64,000 nt of DNA from Minisyncoccota bacterium (GTDB lineage Bacteria > Patescibacteriota > Minisyncoccia > Phycocordibacterales > UBA9973): NCBI GenBank assembly GCA_031413715.1, contig JANOFO010000003.1:11047-75046 (forward strand). The letters run 5' to 3'. Under the pieces are notes generated by a model. That model was given only the letters and a program-made list of their open reading frames with translations. It did not search any database and was not told the origin of the DNA. The translations under genes were made by a program, and so were the position numbers. This document shows positions 9,649 through 20,702 of this stretch, piece after piece (position 1 is the first letter of the stretch; each line of letters begins with the position of its first letter).

Positions 9649-9829
9649 GCACCGGAGTAAGCAAAAGCTTTTTGCTTATGTGTTGGATTCGAAAACCTTG
9701 AGTATATCGCACGGAACAAAGTGAGTACGATACGAAAGGTGTACAGATTCTGTAAGAATCGAAAAGTGTACTCACGATCCTCCCCGGCGCACAAACATAA
9801 AAAATACAAGGTCTTGCCTTGTACTTTTT

Positions 9830-10198
9830 ATGTTATGCTATACTGTATGCATGGAAAACACTAAATTACCAGATGGTGCACAATTTTTAATAATAAGAGA
9901 TGGTCAACCAAAGAAAGTCGTCGCCTTTGCAGGTATGCCAATTGAGCTGAATGATCTGATAGCTGTAAATTCTGATGAAGAATCTTTTCTCAAAGAAGGA
10001 AGGGTGGGCTTTGTTCTGATTTCTGCAAGCAAAGAAAGTGCTTCTATTAAAGTATTGTCTGATATAAAGGAGACGATTACTATAAATTTTGGGGAACAAA
10101 AGAAAGTCAGCATCTTGGGAACTGATTTGCTGATTGAACTATGGGCTGTACGCTTTGACTCTGAGACACCCAACAATTGGCGTTTATCAATGATTTAA
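9830..10198 (+). CDS. Hypothetical protein (the true start is probably the Met at 9851, MENTKL..)
   Basis: 122-aa ORF with no recognisable motif. Convergent with the next gene, overlapping by 4 nt. Confidence 0.4.
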   Translation: MLCYTVCMENTKLPDGAQFLIIRDGQPKKVVAFAGMPIELNDLIAVNSDEESFLKEGRVGFVLISASKESASIKVLSDIKETITINFGEQKKVSILGTDLLIELWAVRFDSETPNNWRLSMI

Positions 10199-11097
10199 AT
10201 CAGAACACCGATTACTGTTTTCATTTTATCTCTACCTTTTGCTCGGAATTTCTTAATCTGAATTGACATCTCAATGAAGAACTTCTCTTCGGGGATTATA
10301 TTATGATTATTTTGTAGATATTCTTCTAAAGATTTTGAATCATCTATAGTCTTTGCGGTCAGGTTGAGCATCTCTGTTGCTCTACTGTCGCCAGCCACAT
10401 TATCCATATTTTCGTAAGCTTCATCCCACATTTTCTGTAATAGTGAGAAGTCCTGACTCATGGTATCGAGAGTATAGACTCTTTTCTGTTTTGGCTCTTT
10501 TGCTTCTTTCTCAGTATTCTTTATCTCCAATAGTTCCCATGCTTCCTTGGGCTTAAGCATATCTATTTCAGCATCAGTAATACCAAAAGATTTTAAATCC
10601 GCACGCAGCCGATTTGTGACAAATACGGGGATACCTTCCTCTTTGGGATTTGGAGAATGAGCAGTTGATTCTCCCGACTCAGTTCTTTCAGAAATTTTGC
10701 CATTTTCATCAACAAAAAAATTATTTCCCATTTCAAAGACTCTCTCCTGTTTCTGGGGCTTTGCTTCCTGCCAACCGAACTGCCTAGCCACTTTCAAGGC
10801 AGAGGCATAGATCTGTTCCTTCGTCGGACCGCCATCTTCTGAGGAAATAATCCTAGAGTTTTCTCTGTTAGCCTCTATTTCAGCTCGTTGATCTACCATT
10901 AGAGATAACGGCTTTGGGTATTCGAGCACGCCGTATTCATTAAACATCCTCGTAAGATACGTCGCAAATTTTAACTTCATCTTGTCCCAGGAAGAATCCT
11001 CTTTTTTCTCTTGCGCGTTTGTTTTATAAGCAGAGGAATTATCTTCCTGAGAAGGTTTTTCTTGTATTCGCCTTCTTAGAAATTTGTTATCTATCAT
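10195..11097 (-). CDS. Hypothetical lysine/glutamate-rich protein
   Basis: 300-aa ORF. Charged, low-complexity regions. No recognisable catalytic motif. Confidence 0.45.
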   Translation of the reverse strand: MIDNKFLRRRIQEKPSQEDNSSAYKTNAQEKKEDSSWDKMKLKFATYLTRMFNEYGVLEYPKPLSLMVDQRAEIEANRENSRIISSEDGGPTKEQIYASALKVARQFGWQEAKPQKQERVFEMGNNFFVDENGKISERTESGESTAHSPNPKEEGIPVFVTNRLRADLKSFGITDAEIDMLKPKEAWELLEIKNTEKEAKEPKQKRVYTLDTMSQDFSLLQKMWDEAYENMDNVAGDSRATEMLNLTAKTIDDSKSLEEYLQNNHNIIPEEKFFIEMSIQIKKFRAKGRDKMKTVIGVLI

Positions 11098-11102
11098 AGA
11101 GC

Positions 11103-13796
11103 TTATTTACTATACGGACTCGGTTTGCTGACTTTGAAATTTGATTTGATTTTTTTCTTGTTCATCTCAATAATAAGATCATTGTCTTTGAGGATGACAT
11201 TGACCGTATCCCCTTTCTTTACGCCTTTACTGATGATGAACGACGCAATTGGGTTTAAGATCTTATTTTGGATCAATCTACCAAGAGGTCGGGCACCATA
11301 GTGAGGGTTGTATCCCTCACGAGCAAGATATGAGAGAGCATCTTGGGATATTTCAAGCTCGATATTCTTGCCTCGCAATCTTTCACGGATAACGTTGATC
11401 TTAAGATCTACAATGTGGCGGATAACTTCCATCGACAAGATATCAAAGACGATCGTGTCATCGAGGCGGTTCAAGAATTCAGGACGGAAATGATCCTTGA
11501 GCGACGCCAAGACTTTTTCTTTTGTCTCGGCATATTCATTCTTCTTGGAATTCGTAAACCCAAGTGACTCCATCTTCTCAATGAAATTCGAGCCTATGTT
11601 TGAGGTCAATATGATGATTGTATTTTTAAAGTTGACTATGCGGCCTTTGGCATCCGTCAGGCGACCTTCATCGAGTACTTGCAAAAGCACATTGAAGACT
11701 TCGGGGTGGGCTTTCTCAATCTCGTCGAAGAGAATAACCGAGTATGGTCTATGGCGAATAGCTTCGGTCAAGTTACCAGATTCATCATAGCCTACGTATC
11801 CAGGCGGTGAACCGATGAGTTTTGATACGCTATGGCGCTCCATATATTCACTCATATCAACTCGAATCAATGCTTTGTCATCATTGAACATAAACTGGGC
11901 AAGAGTTTTCGTAAGCTCAGTCTTACCTACGCCTGTAGGACCCAAGAAAATAAACGAACCGATTGGTTTGTTCGGATCAGAAATTCCAGCACGCGAACGG
12001 CGAACGACATCAGCAATTTTAGTTATCGCTTCATCTTGCCCGACAACACGCTTACGAAGCTCATCTTCCATATGAGCAAGTTTCTCGCGCTCCTCTTCAA
12101 GCATCTTTACAAGCGGAATGCCGGTCCAGCGAGAGACAACTTCAGCGATATCTTCAGCTGTAATATCTTCCTTTAGAATACGGCGTGATTTCTGGAGCTT
12201 CTTGAGACGAGTGAGTTTTGTCTCCAATTTATTTTGCAAATCAGGGATCTGCCCGTAGCGGATTTCAGCTGCACGAGCAAGATCAGCTCGCATCTCGGCA
12301 TTCTCGCCTTCCAATCTAAGTGACTCGAGTTCTTTCTTGATGGCGCGAATTTCTATAACAGTCTCCTTCTCATTCTTCCATTTTAATTCAAGTTCTCTTG
12401 TTTTCTCTTTCAAGTTTCCGATCTCTTTATCGATATCTTTGACGCGGGCTTTGGTATCCTTACTGTCAGCTGACTTATTTGAAACTCTGGAGATCTCTTT
12501 CATAAGAGCTTCCTTTTCAATCTCAAAGCGCATTATTTTGCGATGAGCATCTTCTAGAATCTGCGGCTTGTTTTCAAGAGCGATGCGGAGCGCAGATGCT
12601 GCTTCGTCAATCAGATCCACGGCTTTATCAGGCAGATATCTGTTTGTGATATAACGTGAACTTAAATTAACTGCGGATATAATAGCATCATCGGTAATAC
12701 GTACGCCGTGAAAAAGTTCGTACTTTTCTTTGAGTCCACGGAGAATCGCTACTGCATCATCGATGCTCGGTTCATCTATAAATATCGGTTGGAAGCGACG
12801 AGCAAGAGCAGGGTCTTTTTCGATATGTTTCTGGTATTCTTTGAGTGTTGTCGCACCAATAGCGCGAAGTTCGCCTCTCGCAAGAGCAGGTTTAAGCATG
12901 TTTGAAGCATCGAGTGATCCCTCAGCTGATCCAGCACCGACAATCGTATGAATCTCATCTATAAAGAGTATTATCTTTCCATCAGACTTTTCAATTTCTT
13001 TCATTATTCCGCGTAGGCGCTCTTCAAACTCTCCGCGGTATTTTGTGCCCGAGAGAAGCAATCCCAGATCAAGAGAGACAACTTCTTTGTCGCGTAAACT
13101 CTCAGGTACGTCGTTTTTAGCTATTCGTTGTGCGAGAGCTTCTGCTACTGCTGTTTTGCCAGTACCAGCTTCACCGATGAGTATCGGGTTATTTTTGGTA
13201 CGACGAGAGAGGATCTGCATCATACGCATTATTTCAGTATCGCGCCCGACGACAGGATCAAGTTTGTCTTCTCTCGCGAGCGTCGTTAGATTACGTGTAA
13301 ATTTCGATAGTAGCTTCGGCTTTTTTGAAGAACTGGATTCAGTGACATTTTCACTTTTAAAAAGCTCGAGTACCGAGAGAACTTGATCTTTTTCAATCTT
13401 GAATTTTGCCAGGAGTTCTCGTGCGTCTCCAGGAGTTTCAAGCAAAGAGACAAATAAATGTTCTGTGGAAACGAATTCGTCTTTGAGAGCATTTGCTACT
13501 TTACTTGAATTCTCTATTGATTGAGCAAGATCTGGAGTCAGATATATCTGATATGACGGTGAAATAGTATTGCGATTCTCTGGAGACTCGATCATCTCTA
13601 TTAAATTATCAGTAAGGAGCATAGTATCTACGTCCATCTTGTCCAAGATTGATACAATCATAGAATCTTCTTGGATCAAAAGTGCTGTGAGTAAATGGAG
13701 CGCATTCACATGATTCTGTCCGCGCTCAATAGCAAGCTCGTGAGCTTTGCGGATTGCTTCCTTGGCTTTAGTTGTAAGATGGTTAAATGGTGGCAT
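11103..13796 (-). CDS. clpB: ATP-dependent chaperone ClpB
   Basis: 897 aa. Clp N-domain, two AAA+ modules ([16 protein letters not shown].., [15 protein letters not shown]), a long coiled-coil middle domain and sensor-2 ([10 protein letters not shown]). Confidence 0.95.
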   Translation of the reverse strand: MPPFNHLTTKAKEAIRKAHELAIERGQNHVNALHLLTALLIQEDSMIVSILDKMDVDTMLLTDNLIEMIESPENRNTISPSYQIYLTPDLAQSIENSSKVANALKDEFVSTEHLFVSLLETPGDARELLAKFKIEKDQVLSVLELFKSENVTESSSSKKPKLLSKFTRNLTTLAREDKLDPVVGRDTEIMRMMQILSRRTKNNPILIGEAGTGKTAVAEALAQRIAKNDVPESLRDKEVVSLDLGLLLSGTKYRGEFEERLRGIMKEIEKSDGKIILFIDEIHTIVGAGSAEGSLDASNMLKPALARGELRAIGATTLKEYQKHIEKDPALARRFQPIFIDEPSIDDAVAILRGLKEKYELFHGVRITDDAIISAVNLSSRYITNRYLPDKAVDLIDEAASALRIALENKPQILEDAHRKIMRFEIEKEALMKEISRVSNKSADSKDTKARVKDIDKEIGNLKEKTRELELKWKNEKETVIEIRAIKKELESLRLEGENAEMRADLARAAEIRYGQIPDLQNKLETKLTRLKKLQKSRRILKEDITAEDIAEVVSRWTGIPLVKMLEEEREKLAHMEDELRKRVVGQDEAITKIADVVRRSRAGISDPNKPIGSFIFLGPTGVGKTELTKTLAQFMFNDDKALIRVDMSEYMERHSVSKLIGSPPGYVGYDESGNLTEAIRHRPYSVILFDEIEKAHPEVFNVLLQVLDEGRLTDAKGRIVNFKNTIIILTSNIGSNFIEKMESLGFTNSKKNEYAETKEKVLASLKDHFRPEFLNRLDDTIVFDILSMEVIRHIVDLKINVIRERLRGKNIELEISQDALSYLAREGYNPHYGARPLGRLIQNKILNPIASFIISKGVKKGDTVNVILKDNDLIIEMNKKKIKSNFKVSKPSPYSK

Positions 13797-13815
13797 ATAT
13801 TTATTTACTAAATAA

Positions 13816-14391
13816 TTATTGTTTTGGATCGACTGTCGGAGTTAGAGCTGATGCTCCCTGGCTATTTGCTGACGCTCCTGTCATTTCTTTTTTCGGGGTG
13901 ATTCTTAGGATTGTAAATCCGTTTGTAAACTTCTTGATAACAGTCGCATCAAAATCAATTTTATCTAAAGTGACTTTATAAACTTCCTTATCATTCAAGA
14001 TACTGGAATCAACTAATATAAGCCCCATATCTGATATTATTATTCCCTGTCCTAATGCTTTGGGTAAAACTACAGGTGGATTGCCTGGAGCAGGAATTGG
14101 GGCAAGAGCAACATCCTCTTTTGAATAAATGGATACGAGTACATCCCCATCGCCAGTGAACATTCCTTTGTTGTCAGAAGTATCTGTAGTTGGTTTCTCA
14201 GGAAGTTCAGCTGGAACTGTGGTCACTTTCTCGATTGTCCTTTGAATTACGTTGTTTATCGTTTGAGGCACACTTTTCGGTATCTGTTGCATGAGAGAAA
14301 CGGTAATGATTCCCGTAGCAATAGAGACTACAAAAGTAATCAGTAAAGTAAGCAGTATCAGCTGGGTTTTATTTAACTCTTTAATATCCAT
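13816..14391 (-). CDS. Hypothetical membrane-anchored protein (N-terminal TM, extracytoplasmic Pro/Thr-rich linker)
   Basis: 191 aa with a TM helix (LILLTLLITFVVSIATGIITV). Confidence 0.45.
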   Translation of the reverse strand: MDIKELNKTQLILLTLLITFVVSIATGIITVSLMQQIPKSVPQTINNVIQRTIEKVTTVPAELPEKPTTDTSDNKGMFTGDGDVLVSIYSKEDVALAPIPAPGNPPVVLPKALGQGIIISDMGLILVDSSILNDKEVYKVTLDKIDFDATVIKKFTNGFTILRITPKKEMTGASANSQGASALTPTVDPKQ

Positions 14392-14498
14392 ACTATTAGT
14401 ATATCATAGCTGTCAACCTTATTTCCAGCTTTTATATTTAAGTATATGATTGGCTACTTTATAACTCCTTCTTGCCAACCCAAGAGGTCTTGCTAGTT

Positions 14499-15755
14499 TT
14501 ATATTACCCCATAGGTCTTGCCTATGGGGTATTTCCACTTTTTATATTTCGCCAAAATTTGTTTGAAAGATTTGATAAGGGCATCTAGATCGCTCTTTTT
14601 AGTTTGTCTTCCGAGAGAGATGCGAATCGAGCCATCGGTTGTATTTGATTTTGCGCCTTGAGCTTTTCGGAGAGCAGTGATCACATACGATTCATCGGGT
14701 TCATCACTCTTGCAAGCGCTTTTTGCAGAAACGAGGATTCCTTTTGCATCCAGTTCAATTACTAAGAGTTCGCTTGAAATACCAAGGACAGAAATATTTA
14801 TATTATTCGGCAAGCGATTTATTGGGTCACCGTTTAAAATTATTTCATAGCTGGAGATTTTAGAGAGAGCAAGGAGTTTTTTAATTCCATAGTCGCGAAG
14901 TTTGGTAAGTCGAGCTGATTCTTTTTCTTTCATCTTGCAAGTTATTTCAAATGCCTTGGCAATACCCACTATCGAAGCAGTATTTTCTGTTCCTGATCGT
15001 AATCCGAATTCCTGCCCCCCACCTTTATATAATGGACTGATTTCAATTCCTCTTTTCTTGTATAAAACTCCTACACCTTTTGGTCCATATATCTTTGAGC
15101 TATTGAATGTGAGCATATCCACCCCGAGCTTCTCAATATTTTCAGTCGGCAGATAATTCATGGCCTGACATGCATCTGTATGGAAGATCGGAAAAGGAGA
15201 ATTTTTATTTTCTTTTATGTTTTTTTTGTGATGCCTAATAGTCTTGGCAATCTCTTGTATAGGCTGAACTGTTCCAATTTCATTATTGGCATACATGACT
15301 GAGACAAGAATAGTATTTTCTTTTAATGCATCGCGAATATCCTTTGGGTTGATCAATCCAGTATCGTCAGGCATGACATAGGTTACCAGAGCTTCACCGC
15401 GCTCTTCAAGAATTTTACAATTCTCAAGCACCGCAGCATGCTCTATAGCTGTCGTTATAATGTGTGGAATGTCTTTACTTTTATAGGCACGCACAGTTCC
15501 CAATATTGCGAGCGCATCGCTCTCCGTACCACTGCCTGTGAAAATAATCTCGTCGCTATGAGTAAATATAAGCTTTGCAATATTAGACCTAGATTCTTCT
15601 ACTCTCTGGCGAGCCATAACCCCTTCCTTATGGATAGAACTGGCATTAGCAAAATGCTTATCGTCATAAAAACTCATCGCTTTAGCAACATTTCGATCAA
15701 TCGGCGCGGTACTCGCATAGTCTAGATATATGTTTTTTCTTGATAATTTAGGCAC
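14499..15755 (-). CDS. Cysteine desulfurase (class V aminotransferase, IscS/NifS-like)
   Basis: 418 aa. IYLDYASTAP.., PLP-lysine region (LTFNSSKIYGPKGVGVLY), C-terminal catalytic Cys loop (SAKSACKSDEP). Confidence 0.85.
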   Translation of the reverse strand: MPKLSRKNIYLDYASTAPIDRNVAKAMSFYDDKHFANASSIHKEGVMARQRVEESRSNIAKLIFTHSDEIIFTGSGTESDALAILGTVRAYKSKDIPHIITTAIEHAAVLENCKILEERGEALVTYVMPDDTGLINPKDIRDALKENTILVSVMYANNEIGTVQPIQEIAKTIRHHKKNIKENKNSPFPIFHTDACQAMNYLPTENIEKLGVDMLTFNSSKIYGPKGVGVLYKKRGIEISPLYKGGGQEFGLRSGTENTASIVGIAKAFEITCKMKEKESARLTKLRDYGIKKLLALSKISSYEIILNGDPINRLPNNINISVLGISSELLVIELDAKGILVSAKSACKSDEPDESYVITALRKAQGAKSNTTDGSIRISLGRQTKKSDLDALIKSFKQILAKYKKWKYPIGKTYGVI

Positions 15756-15814
15756 CAGAATACTATATCATAGCATTGTAAAAAGCCTCTGATTCGTATA
15801 TACTACCCGAAGTT

Positions 15815-16258
15815 ATGAGTATACTTATCCTAATTTATATGCTTGCAGGAATAATTGTTATCCTCCTTGTCTGGATCATTTCCACCGAACGCCGAATGAG
15901 AAAATTCTGGAGAGGTACGAAAGCTGAGAGTCTAGAAGATCTGATGAACCAGATAGCAAAGCAAGTAGAGAACCTAAAGAACACGCAGACCGAGATTAAT
16001 AGCCACTTGGTCACCGTCGACCGTAGGCTCGACAAGTCAATTCGCAAAATTGAGACGGTGAGATTCAATCCATTCGTCGATGGTGGCGGTAATCAGAGCT
16101 TCGCAATCTCGTTTCTAAACGATGAAGGCAATGGTGTCATTATTTCGAGTCTTTATGCTCGTGATCGCATGAGCATCTTTGCTAAGCCAATAACAGCAGG
16201 GAGTTCAGAGTTTGAACTCACTACTGAAGAGAAGGAGGTTCTCAAGAAGTCAAAGTAA
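15815..16258 (+). CDS. DUF4446-like small membrane protein
   Basis: 147 aa. N-terminal TM, then RFNPFVDGGGNQSFAISFLNDEGNGVIISSLYARDR, which I recall as the DUF4446 signature. The assignment is from memory only. Confidence 0.4.
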   Translation: MSILILIYMLAGIIVILLVWIISTERRMRKFWRGTKAESLEDLMNQIAKQVENLKNTQTEINSHLVTVDRRLDKSIRKIETVRFNPFVDGGGNQSFAISFLNDEGNGVIISSLYARDRMSIFAKPITAGSSEFELTTEEKEVLKKSK

Positions 16259-16268
16259 AAAAGATCGT

Positions 16269-17813
16269 ATGAGTAAAGAAACAACACAATCCAATATAGT
16301 TGTACGCCCCCCCGTCGTCGTAGTGATGGGCCATGTTGATCATGGAAAATCTACTCTGCTAGATTATATCCGCAAATCAAATGTCGTAGAGAGCGAGAGC
16401 GGAGGTATCACCCAGCATATCAGCGCTTACGAAGTGACTCACCCCGAAGGAAAGAGTACTTCCAACGGGGCAAGTAAAGACGAAGTGGCTGTTGAAAGAA
16501 AAATCACTTTTATAGATACGCCAGGGCATGAAGCATTCTCTAAAATGCGCGCTCGCGGAGCACAAGTAGCAGATATTGCTATCCTCGTAGTCTCGGCTGA
16601 AGATTCAGTGAAGGCTCAGACCTTGGAAGCCTACAACACTATCATAGAGAGCAAGACTCCATATATAGTAGCCATAAACAAAGTAGATAGGCCAGGTGCC
16701 AATGTCGAAAAAACAAAGATGGACCTTGTAGAAAAAGGCATTTATTTGGAAGGTATGGGAGGCGATATACCGTTCGTAGCGATCTCGGCAAAAGAAGGCA
16801 CCGGCATACCAGAACTTCTTGATATGATCTTGCTTGTTGCAATGCTTCATAGCTTCACTGGAGATCGATCAAAGAATGCAAGTGGCGTGATCATCGAAGC
16901 TAACCGGGAGCCAAAGCGCGGAATATCTGCAACTGCCATCATAAAGGACGGCACTCTAAGGTCAGGAATGTTCGTGGCGGCAGGCGGCGCAATAGTGACG
17001 ACTAGAATACTAGAAAATTTCCTAGGCAAGCCTATAAAGGAAGCTAGCTTCTCTTCCCCTATCCGCCTTGTCGGATTTGAATCTATGCCAGAAGTCGGAA
17101 TTGGGTTTGCTTCATTTGATACAAAAAAGGGAGCAGAGAATTATGTAAACAACCTCGAAAATACTAAGGAGAATAATAAAGCCGCAAGTGAAATACTCGT
17201 TCAGATTGGCAAAACGATACCGCTTGTCATTAAGACTGACGTTGCAGGAACCATGGAAGCATTGGAAAAAGAGATTGAGAAGTTAAATACAAATGAGATC
17301 TCATTTAAGATCATAAGCGCAGGTGTGGGCGCGATCGGTGAAACAGATATCAAAATGGCAAACGTAAACAAAGATACTATTATCGTGGGATTCAATACGA
17401 AGTTAGATACTGGCGCACGAGATCTCAATGATCAGCTGAAAGTAAAGGTAGAAACATTCAATATAATTTACAAACTTATCGACTGGCTGAAAGAGATAGT
17501 AGAAGAGCGACGTCCTAGGCAAGAAGTAGTAGAAGTCACCGGTACTCTCAAAGTACTAAAAACATTTGGTGCAACTAAAGAGAAGCAAATCATCGGCGGC
17601 AAAGTAACCACCGGCCGTATTACCGACAATGGCACCGTTCGCATCATGCGACGTGATTTTGAGATCGGCCGGGGTAAAGTCGTCGGACTCCAACAAAATA
17701 AATTAAAGGCAAGAGAAGTCCTCGAAGATACAGAGGCAGGCATGATGATCGAATCAAAGATTGATATCGCTCCAGGCGACATGCTTGAGGCATTTATTAT
17801 ATCTATTAAATAG
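16269..17813 (+). CDS. infB: Translation initiation factor IF-2 (short form lacking the N-terminal extension)
   Basis: The ATG at 16269 (MSKETTQ..) avoids overlap with the upstream gene. G-domain ([18 protein letters not shown]...DTPGHEAF...NKVD), then the IF-2 beta-barrel domains. Confidence 0.9.
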   Translation: MSKETTQSNIVVRPPVVVVMGHVDHGKSTLLDYIRKSNVVESESGGITQHISAYEVTHPEGKSTSNGASKDEVAVERKITFIDTPGHEAFSKMRARGAQVADIAILVVSAEDSVKAQTLEAYNTIIESKTPYIVAINKVDRPGANVEKTKMDLVEKGIYLEGMGGDIPFVAISAKEGTGIPELLDMILLVAMLHSFTGDRSKNASGVIIEANREPKRGISATAIIKDGTLRSGMFVAAGGAIVTTRILENFLGKPIKEASFSSPIRLVGFESMPEVGIGFASFDTKKGAENYVNNLENTKENNKAASEILVQIGKTIPLVIKTDVAGTMEALEKEIEKLNTNEISFKIISAGVGAIGETDIKMANVNKDTIIVGFNTKLDTGARDLNDQLKVKVETFNIIYKLIDWLKEIVEERRPRQEVVEVTGTLKVLKTFGATKEKQIIGGKVTTGRITDNGTVRIMRRDFEIGRGKVVGLQQNKLKAREVLEDTEAGMMIESKIDIAPGDMLEAFIISIK

Positions 17814-17814
17814 C

Positions 17815-18141
17815 ATGTCAGAGTACCGATCGGAAAAAATAGCGGGCCATATCAGAGAACTAGCAGCCCTATATATAGAGCATGAAGCAGGACCAACATC
17901 GATGATTACTGTTACTCGAGTACTGCTCTCTCCGGATAATAAAAATGCGAAGATCATGGTGAGTGTCCTACCACGTGAAAAAGAAAAAGCAGCGTATGGG
18001 TTCTTAAAACGAAATCTAGGAGATATGCGTAAATATATAACTAAAGGCCTAAAAATTAACCCTATTCCATTTTTAGATATAGAGATAGATGAGGGAGAGA
18101 AAAATCGTCAGAAAATTGACGAATTGCTCACGAAAGGCTAG
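17815..18141 (+). CDS. rbfA: Ribosome-binding factor A
   Basis: MSEYRSEKIAGHIRELAALYI...ITVTRVLLSPDNKNAKIMVSVL is an RbfA KH-like fold. It starts 2 nt after the infB stop, matching the usual infB-rbfA order. Confidence 0.85.
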   Translation: MSEYRSEKIAGHIRELAALYIEHEAGPTSMITVTRVLLSPDNKNAKIMVSVLPREKEKAAYGFLKRNLGDMRKYITKGLKINPIPFLDIEIDEGEKNRQKIDELLTKG

Positions 18142-18164
18142 GATATACATGCGCAATAAGATAA

Positions 18165-18239
18165 GGCGTGGTGGCGAAGTGGTAACGCTTCGGTCTGCAA
18201 AACCGACATGCGCGGGTTCAATTCCCGCCCACGCCTCCA
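18165..18239 (+). tRNA. tRNA-Cys (anticodon GCA); CCA encoded
   Basis: Acceptor stem ggcgtgg/ccacgcc. Anticodon loop tCTGCAAAa. T-arm gcgggTTCAATTcccgc. The sequence ends tCCA. Confidence 0.85.
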
Positions 18240-18384
18240 AGAAGAAAACAAAGTTTTCTTCTGCGTGGGAGAAACCAAACTGCTTTGGTTTCGTCGGGAA
18301 TTGGAAGACTTTTCTGTGTTTTTTCAAAACCAGAAAAGTACCAGCGACCGTAGGGCGAAACTCCCGCAGTTAAAAACAACATAT

Positions 18385-18471
18385 GCCGGGGTGGCGAAAT
18401 TGGTAGACGCACTGCTCTTAGGAAGCAGCGAGAGTAATCTCATGGAAGTTCAAGTCTTCTCCCCGGCACCA
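18385..18471 (+). tRNA. tRNA-Leu (anticodon TAG); long variable arm; CCA encoded
   Basis: Acceptor stem gccgggg/ccccggc. Anticodon stem-loop ctgctCTTAGGAagcag. Long variable arm. T-arm ggaagTTCAAGTcttct. The sequence ends aCCA. Confidence 0.85.
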
Positions 18472-18584
18472 AGCTTGTTTGTCGGCAAGAGATTATTCTC
18501 GAATTCAGAGGGTGCTTAAATCGTTTGCAATATTAAAAGTTTGTCTATTTGCAATCCTTCTCCTTTTATAGTAGTATAAGTTCT

Positions 18585-18818
18585 ATGACGATTATTGCTA
18601 CTGTACTACCGTATATACAGATTATACTGTCTATTATTTTGGTTGGCGCAATTTTACTCCAGCAATCAGGCGCAGGTGTGGGCGGTGCACTCGGAGGAGG
18701 AGATGGCGGCGGACTTTATCATACACGACGTGGATTTGAAAAGTTCCTATTTGTTACCACAATTATTGTGGGTATACTTTTTGCTCTCTCAGCTTTTATT
18801 GCGATACTCGTTAACTAA
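18585..18818 (+). CDS. secG: Preprotein translocase subunit SecG
   Basis: MTIIATVLPYIQIILSIILVGAILLQQSGAGVGGALGGGDGGGLYHTRRGFEKFLFVTTIIVGILFALSAFIAILV. This is two TM helices with a Gly-rich loop, the classic SecG layout. The ORF track starts it at an upstream TTG; the ATG at 18585 is preferred. Confidence 0.7.
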   Translation: MTIIATVLPYIQIILSIILVGAILLQQSGAGVGGALGGGDGGGLYHTRRGFEKFLFVTTIIVGILFALSAFIAILVN

Positions 18819-18867
18819 ATCATTGGGGTTCACCCCTACTATAAACTAACATACTACTCGTTTTCAG

Positions 18868-20700
18868 ATGCATTCTATGCAGAACTTTCTCACATTTATA
18901 AAAGAATTCCGTATTCCTAAAAAACAAGAACTTCGAAATGCTAAAGCGTCTTTTTCGAAAAGGAAGCTTCGTATGTTCATGGCAAGTCTTATTGTTGCCT
19001 TTGTCGCTATGATAATCCTCGTGGCGCGCGTTAACTCTTCATTTATGGTTGCAGTACCCGCAGACGGCGGTACTCTCAATGAAGGCATCATCGGTATGCC
19101 TACGCTTGTCAATCCAGTGCTCGCTATATCTGACGCCGACAAAGATCTAACTGCCTTAGTATATTCCGGACTTATGCAGAAAATGCCTGATGGAAGTTTT
19201 ATTCCTGATTTAGCACAATCTTTCACTGTCTCTCCTGACGGCACGATATATACATTCACAATGCGTACAAATGCAACATTTCAGGACGGAACTCCCGTTA
19301 CCGCAAACGACGTCATATTTACGATTGAAAAAATAAAAGATTCACTGATAAAAAGTCCTCGCAAGATTGGATGGGACGGAGTGACTGCAGCAAAAAAAGA
19401 TGAGAATACTGTCATCTTTACACTTAATCAACCATATATATCATTTCTTGATAACACAACGATTGGAATACTGCCTATGCATATTTGGAAAAATGTGAGC
19501 GCTCAAGAATTCGGGCTTTCAATTTTAAACACTGCGAAGGCTATCGGTTCAGGTCCCTATCAAATAGACTCTGTGTCCAAAAATAGCGAAGGAGTACCGG
19601 AAAAATATAGCTTAGAACGCTTTACGAAATTTACACTCGGTGAACCACATATAAAGTATATAAATATCATATCTTTTGCCAATGAAAAAGATCTCGTCCG
19701 TGCGCTCGTAACACACTCTATTGATCAGGCAAGTGGTATATCGCCTGAAAATGCGAAAAGCATCACAGATGCGGGACTCGTTATTCATACGGCGACACTA
19801 CCAAGAATATTTGGAGTCTTCTTCAATACTGCCAATAACAAAGTTCTTGCTGATAGTGCTGTCATGAGCGCATTCGATAAAGCGCTCGACCGGGAAGAGA
19901 TCGTCGAGAGCGTGCTTGGCGGATATGCAAGTGTCGTTCACAATCCCATCCCAGAAACAATCATGGATAACGACTCAAGTGATCCCTATAAAAATGCATC
20001 GCTTGATGATGCACGGGCTATCCTTGATAAGGCAGGATGGACATTAGGAGCTGATGGTATCCGAACCAAGGGCGGCGTGAAAACAGTTGTAGAGACCAAA
20101 AAAGTAGGCAAAAAAACAGTGACGAAAAATGTCCAGGTGAATACTGGTCCTATGGTCAAGCTTGCATTCTCTTTAACTACTGGCGATACACCAGAACTCA
20201 AAGATTCTGCCAATAAGATACGTGAACAGCTTGAAAAATTGGGGGCTCAAATCTATATAAAAATATACGAAACGGGTCCACTCAATCAACTCATCCGTTC
20301 TCGCGATTATGAGGCACTGTTCTTCGGACAAATTATAAATCACGAGTCAGATTTATTTTCTTTCTGGCATTCATCACAAAAACAAGATCCGGGGCTCAAC
20401 ATCGCTCTCTATAGCAATAAAACAGTAGATGCGATACTTGAGAACGCACAGAAGACCCTTGATCGTAACAGTCGTATTACGAAATATAAAGATCTAGTGA
20501 GAGAATTCAATAAAGATATTCCTGCCCTCCTCATCTATTCACCAAAATACTTATATGCAACATTACCAACCCTCGGCAATATCCCACTTGATACACTCTC
20601 TGCCCCATCAGATCGATTTGCATCTATCTACAGTTGGTATGCAGATACAGATCATATATGGAAAGTATTCACATATTTGCCGCCCTATAATAAAAAATAA
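18868..20700 (+). CDS. ABC-transporter substrate-binding protein, family 5 (OppA/DppA-like), membrane-anchored
   Basis: 610 aa with an N-terminal TM helix. SBP-5 fold blocks (..PDGTIYTFTMRTNATFQDGTPVTANDVIFT.., ..ALFFGQII..). No permease or ATPase genes lie adjacent. Confidence 0.75.
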   Translation: MHSMQNFLTFIKEFRIPKKQELRNAKASFSKRKLRMFMASLIVAFVAMIILVARVNSSFMVAVPADGGTLNEGIIGMPTLVNPVLAISDADKDLTALVYSGLMQKMPDGSFIPDLAQSFTVSPDGTIYTFTMRTNATFQDGTPVTANDVIFTIEKIKDSLIKSPRKIGWDGVTAAKKDENTVIFTLNQPYISFLDNTTIGILPMHIWKNVSAQEFGLSILNTAKAIGSGPYQIDSVSKNSEGVPEKYSLERFTKFTLGEPHIKYINIISFANEKDLVRALVTHSIDQASGISPENAKSITDAGLVIHTATLPRIFGVFFNTANNKVLADSAVMSAFDKALDREEIVESVLGGYASVVHNPIPETIMDNDSSDPYKNASLDDARAILDKAGWTLGADGIRTKGGVKTVVETKKVGKKTVTKNVQVNTGPMVKLAFSLTTGDTPELKDSANKIREQLEKLGAQIYIKIYETGPLNQLIRSRDYEALFFGQIINHESDLFSFWHSSQKQDPGLNIALYSNKTVDAILENAQKTLDRNSRITKYKDLVREFNKDIPALLIYSPKYLYATLPTLGNIPLDTLSAPSDRFASIYSWYADTDHIWKVFTYLPPYNKK

Positions 20701-20702
20701 TT

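Noticed and set aside
16212-16268. Longer infB start overlapping the DUF4446-like gene
   Set aside because: The in-frame ATG at 16269 removes the overlap and still precedes the G-domain. The upstream residues (MNSLLKRRRFSRSQSKK) are not IF-2-like.
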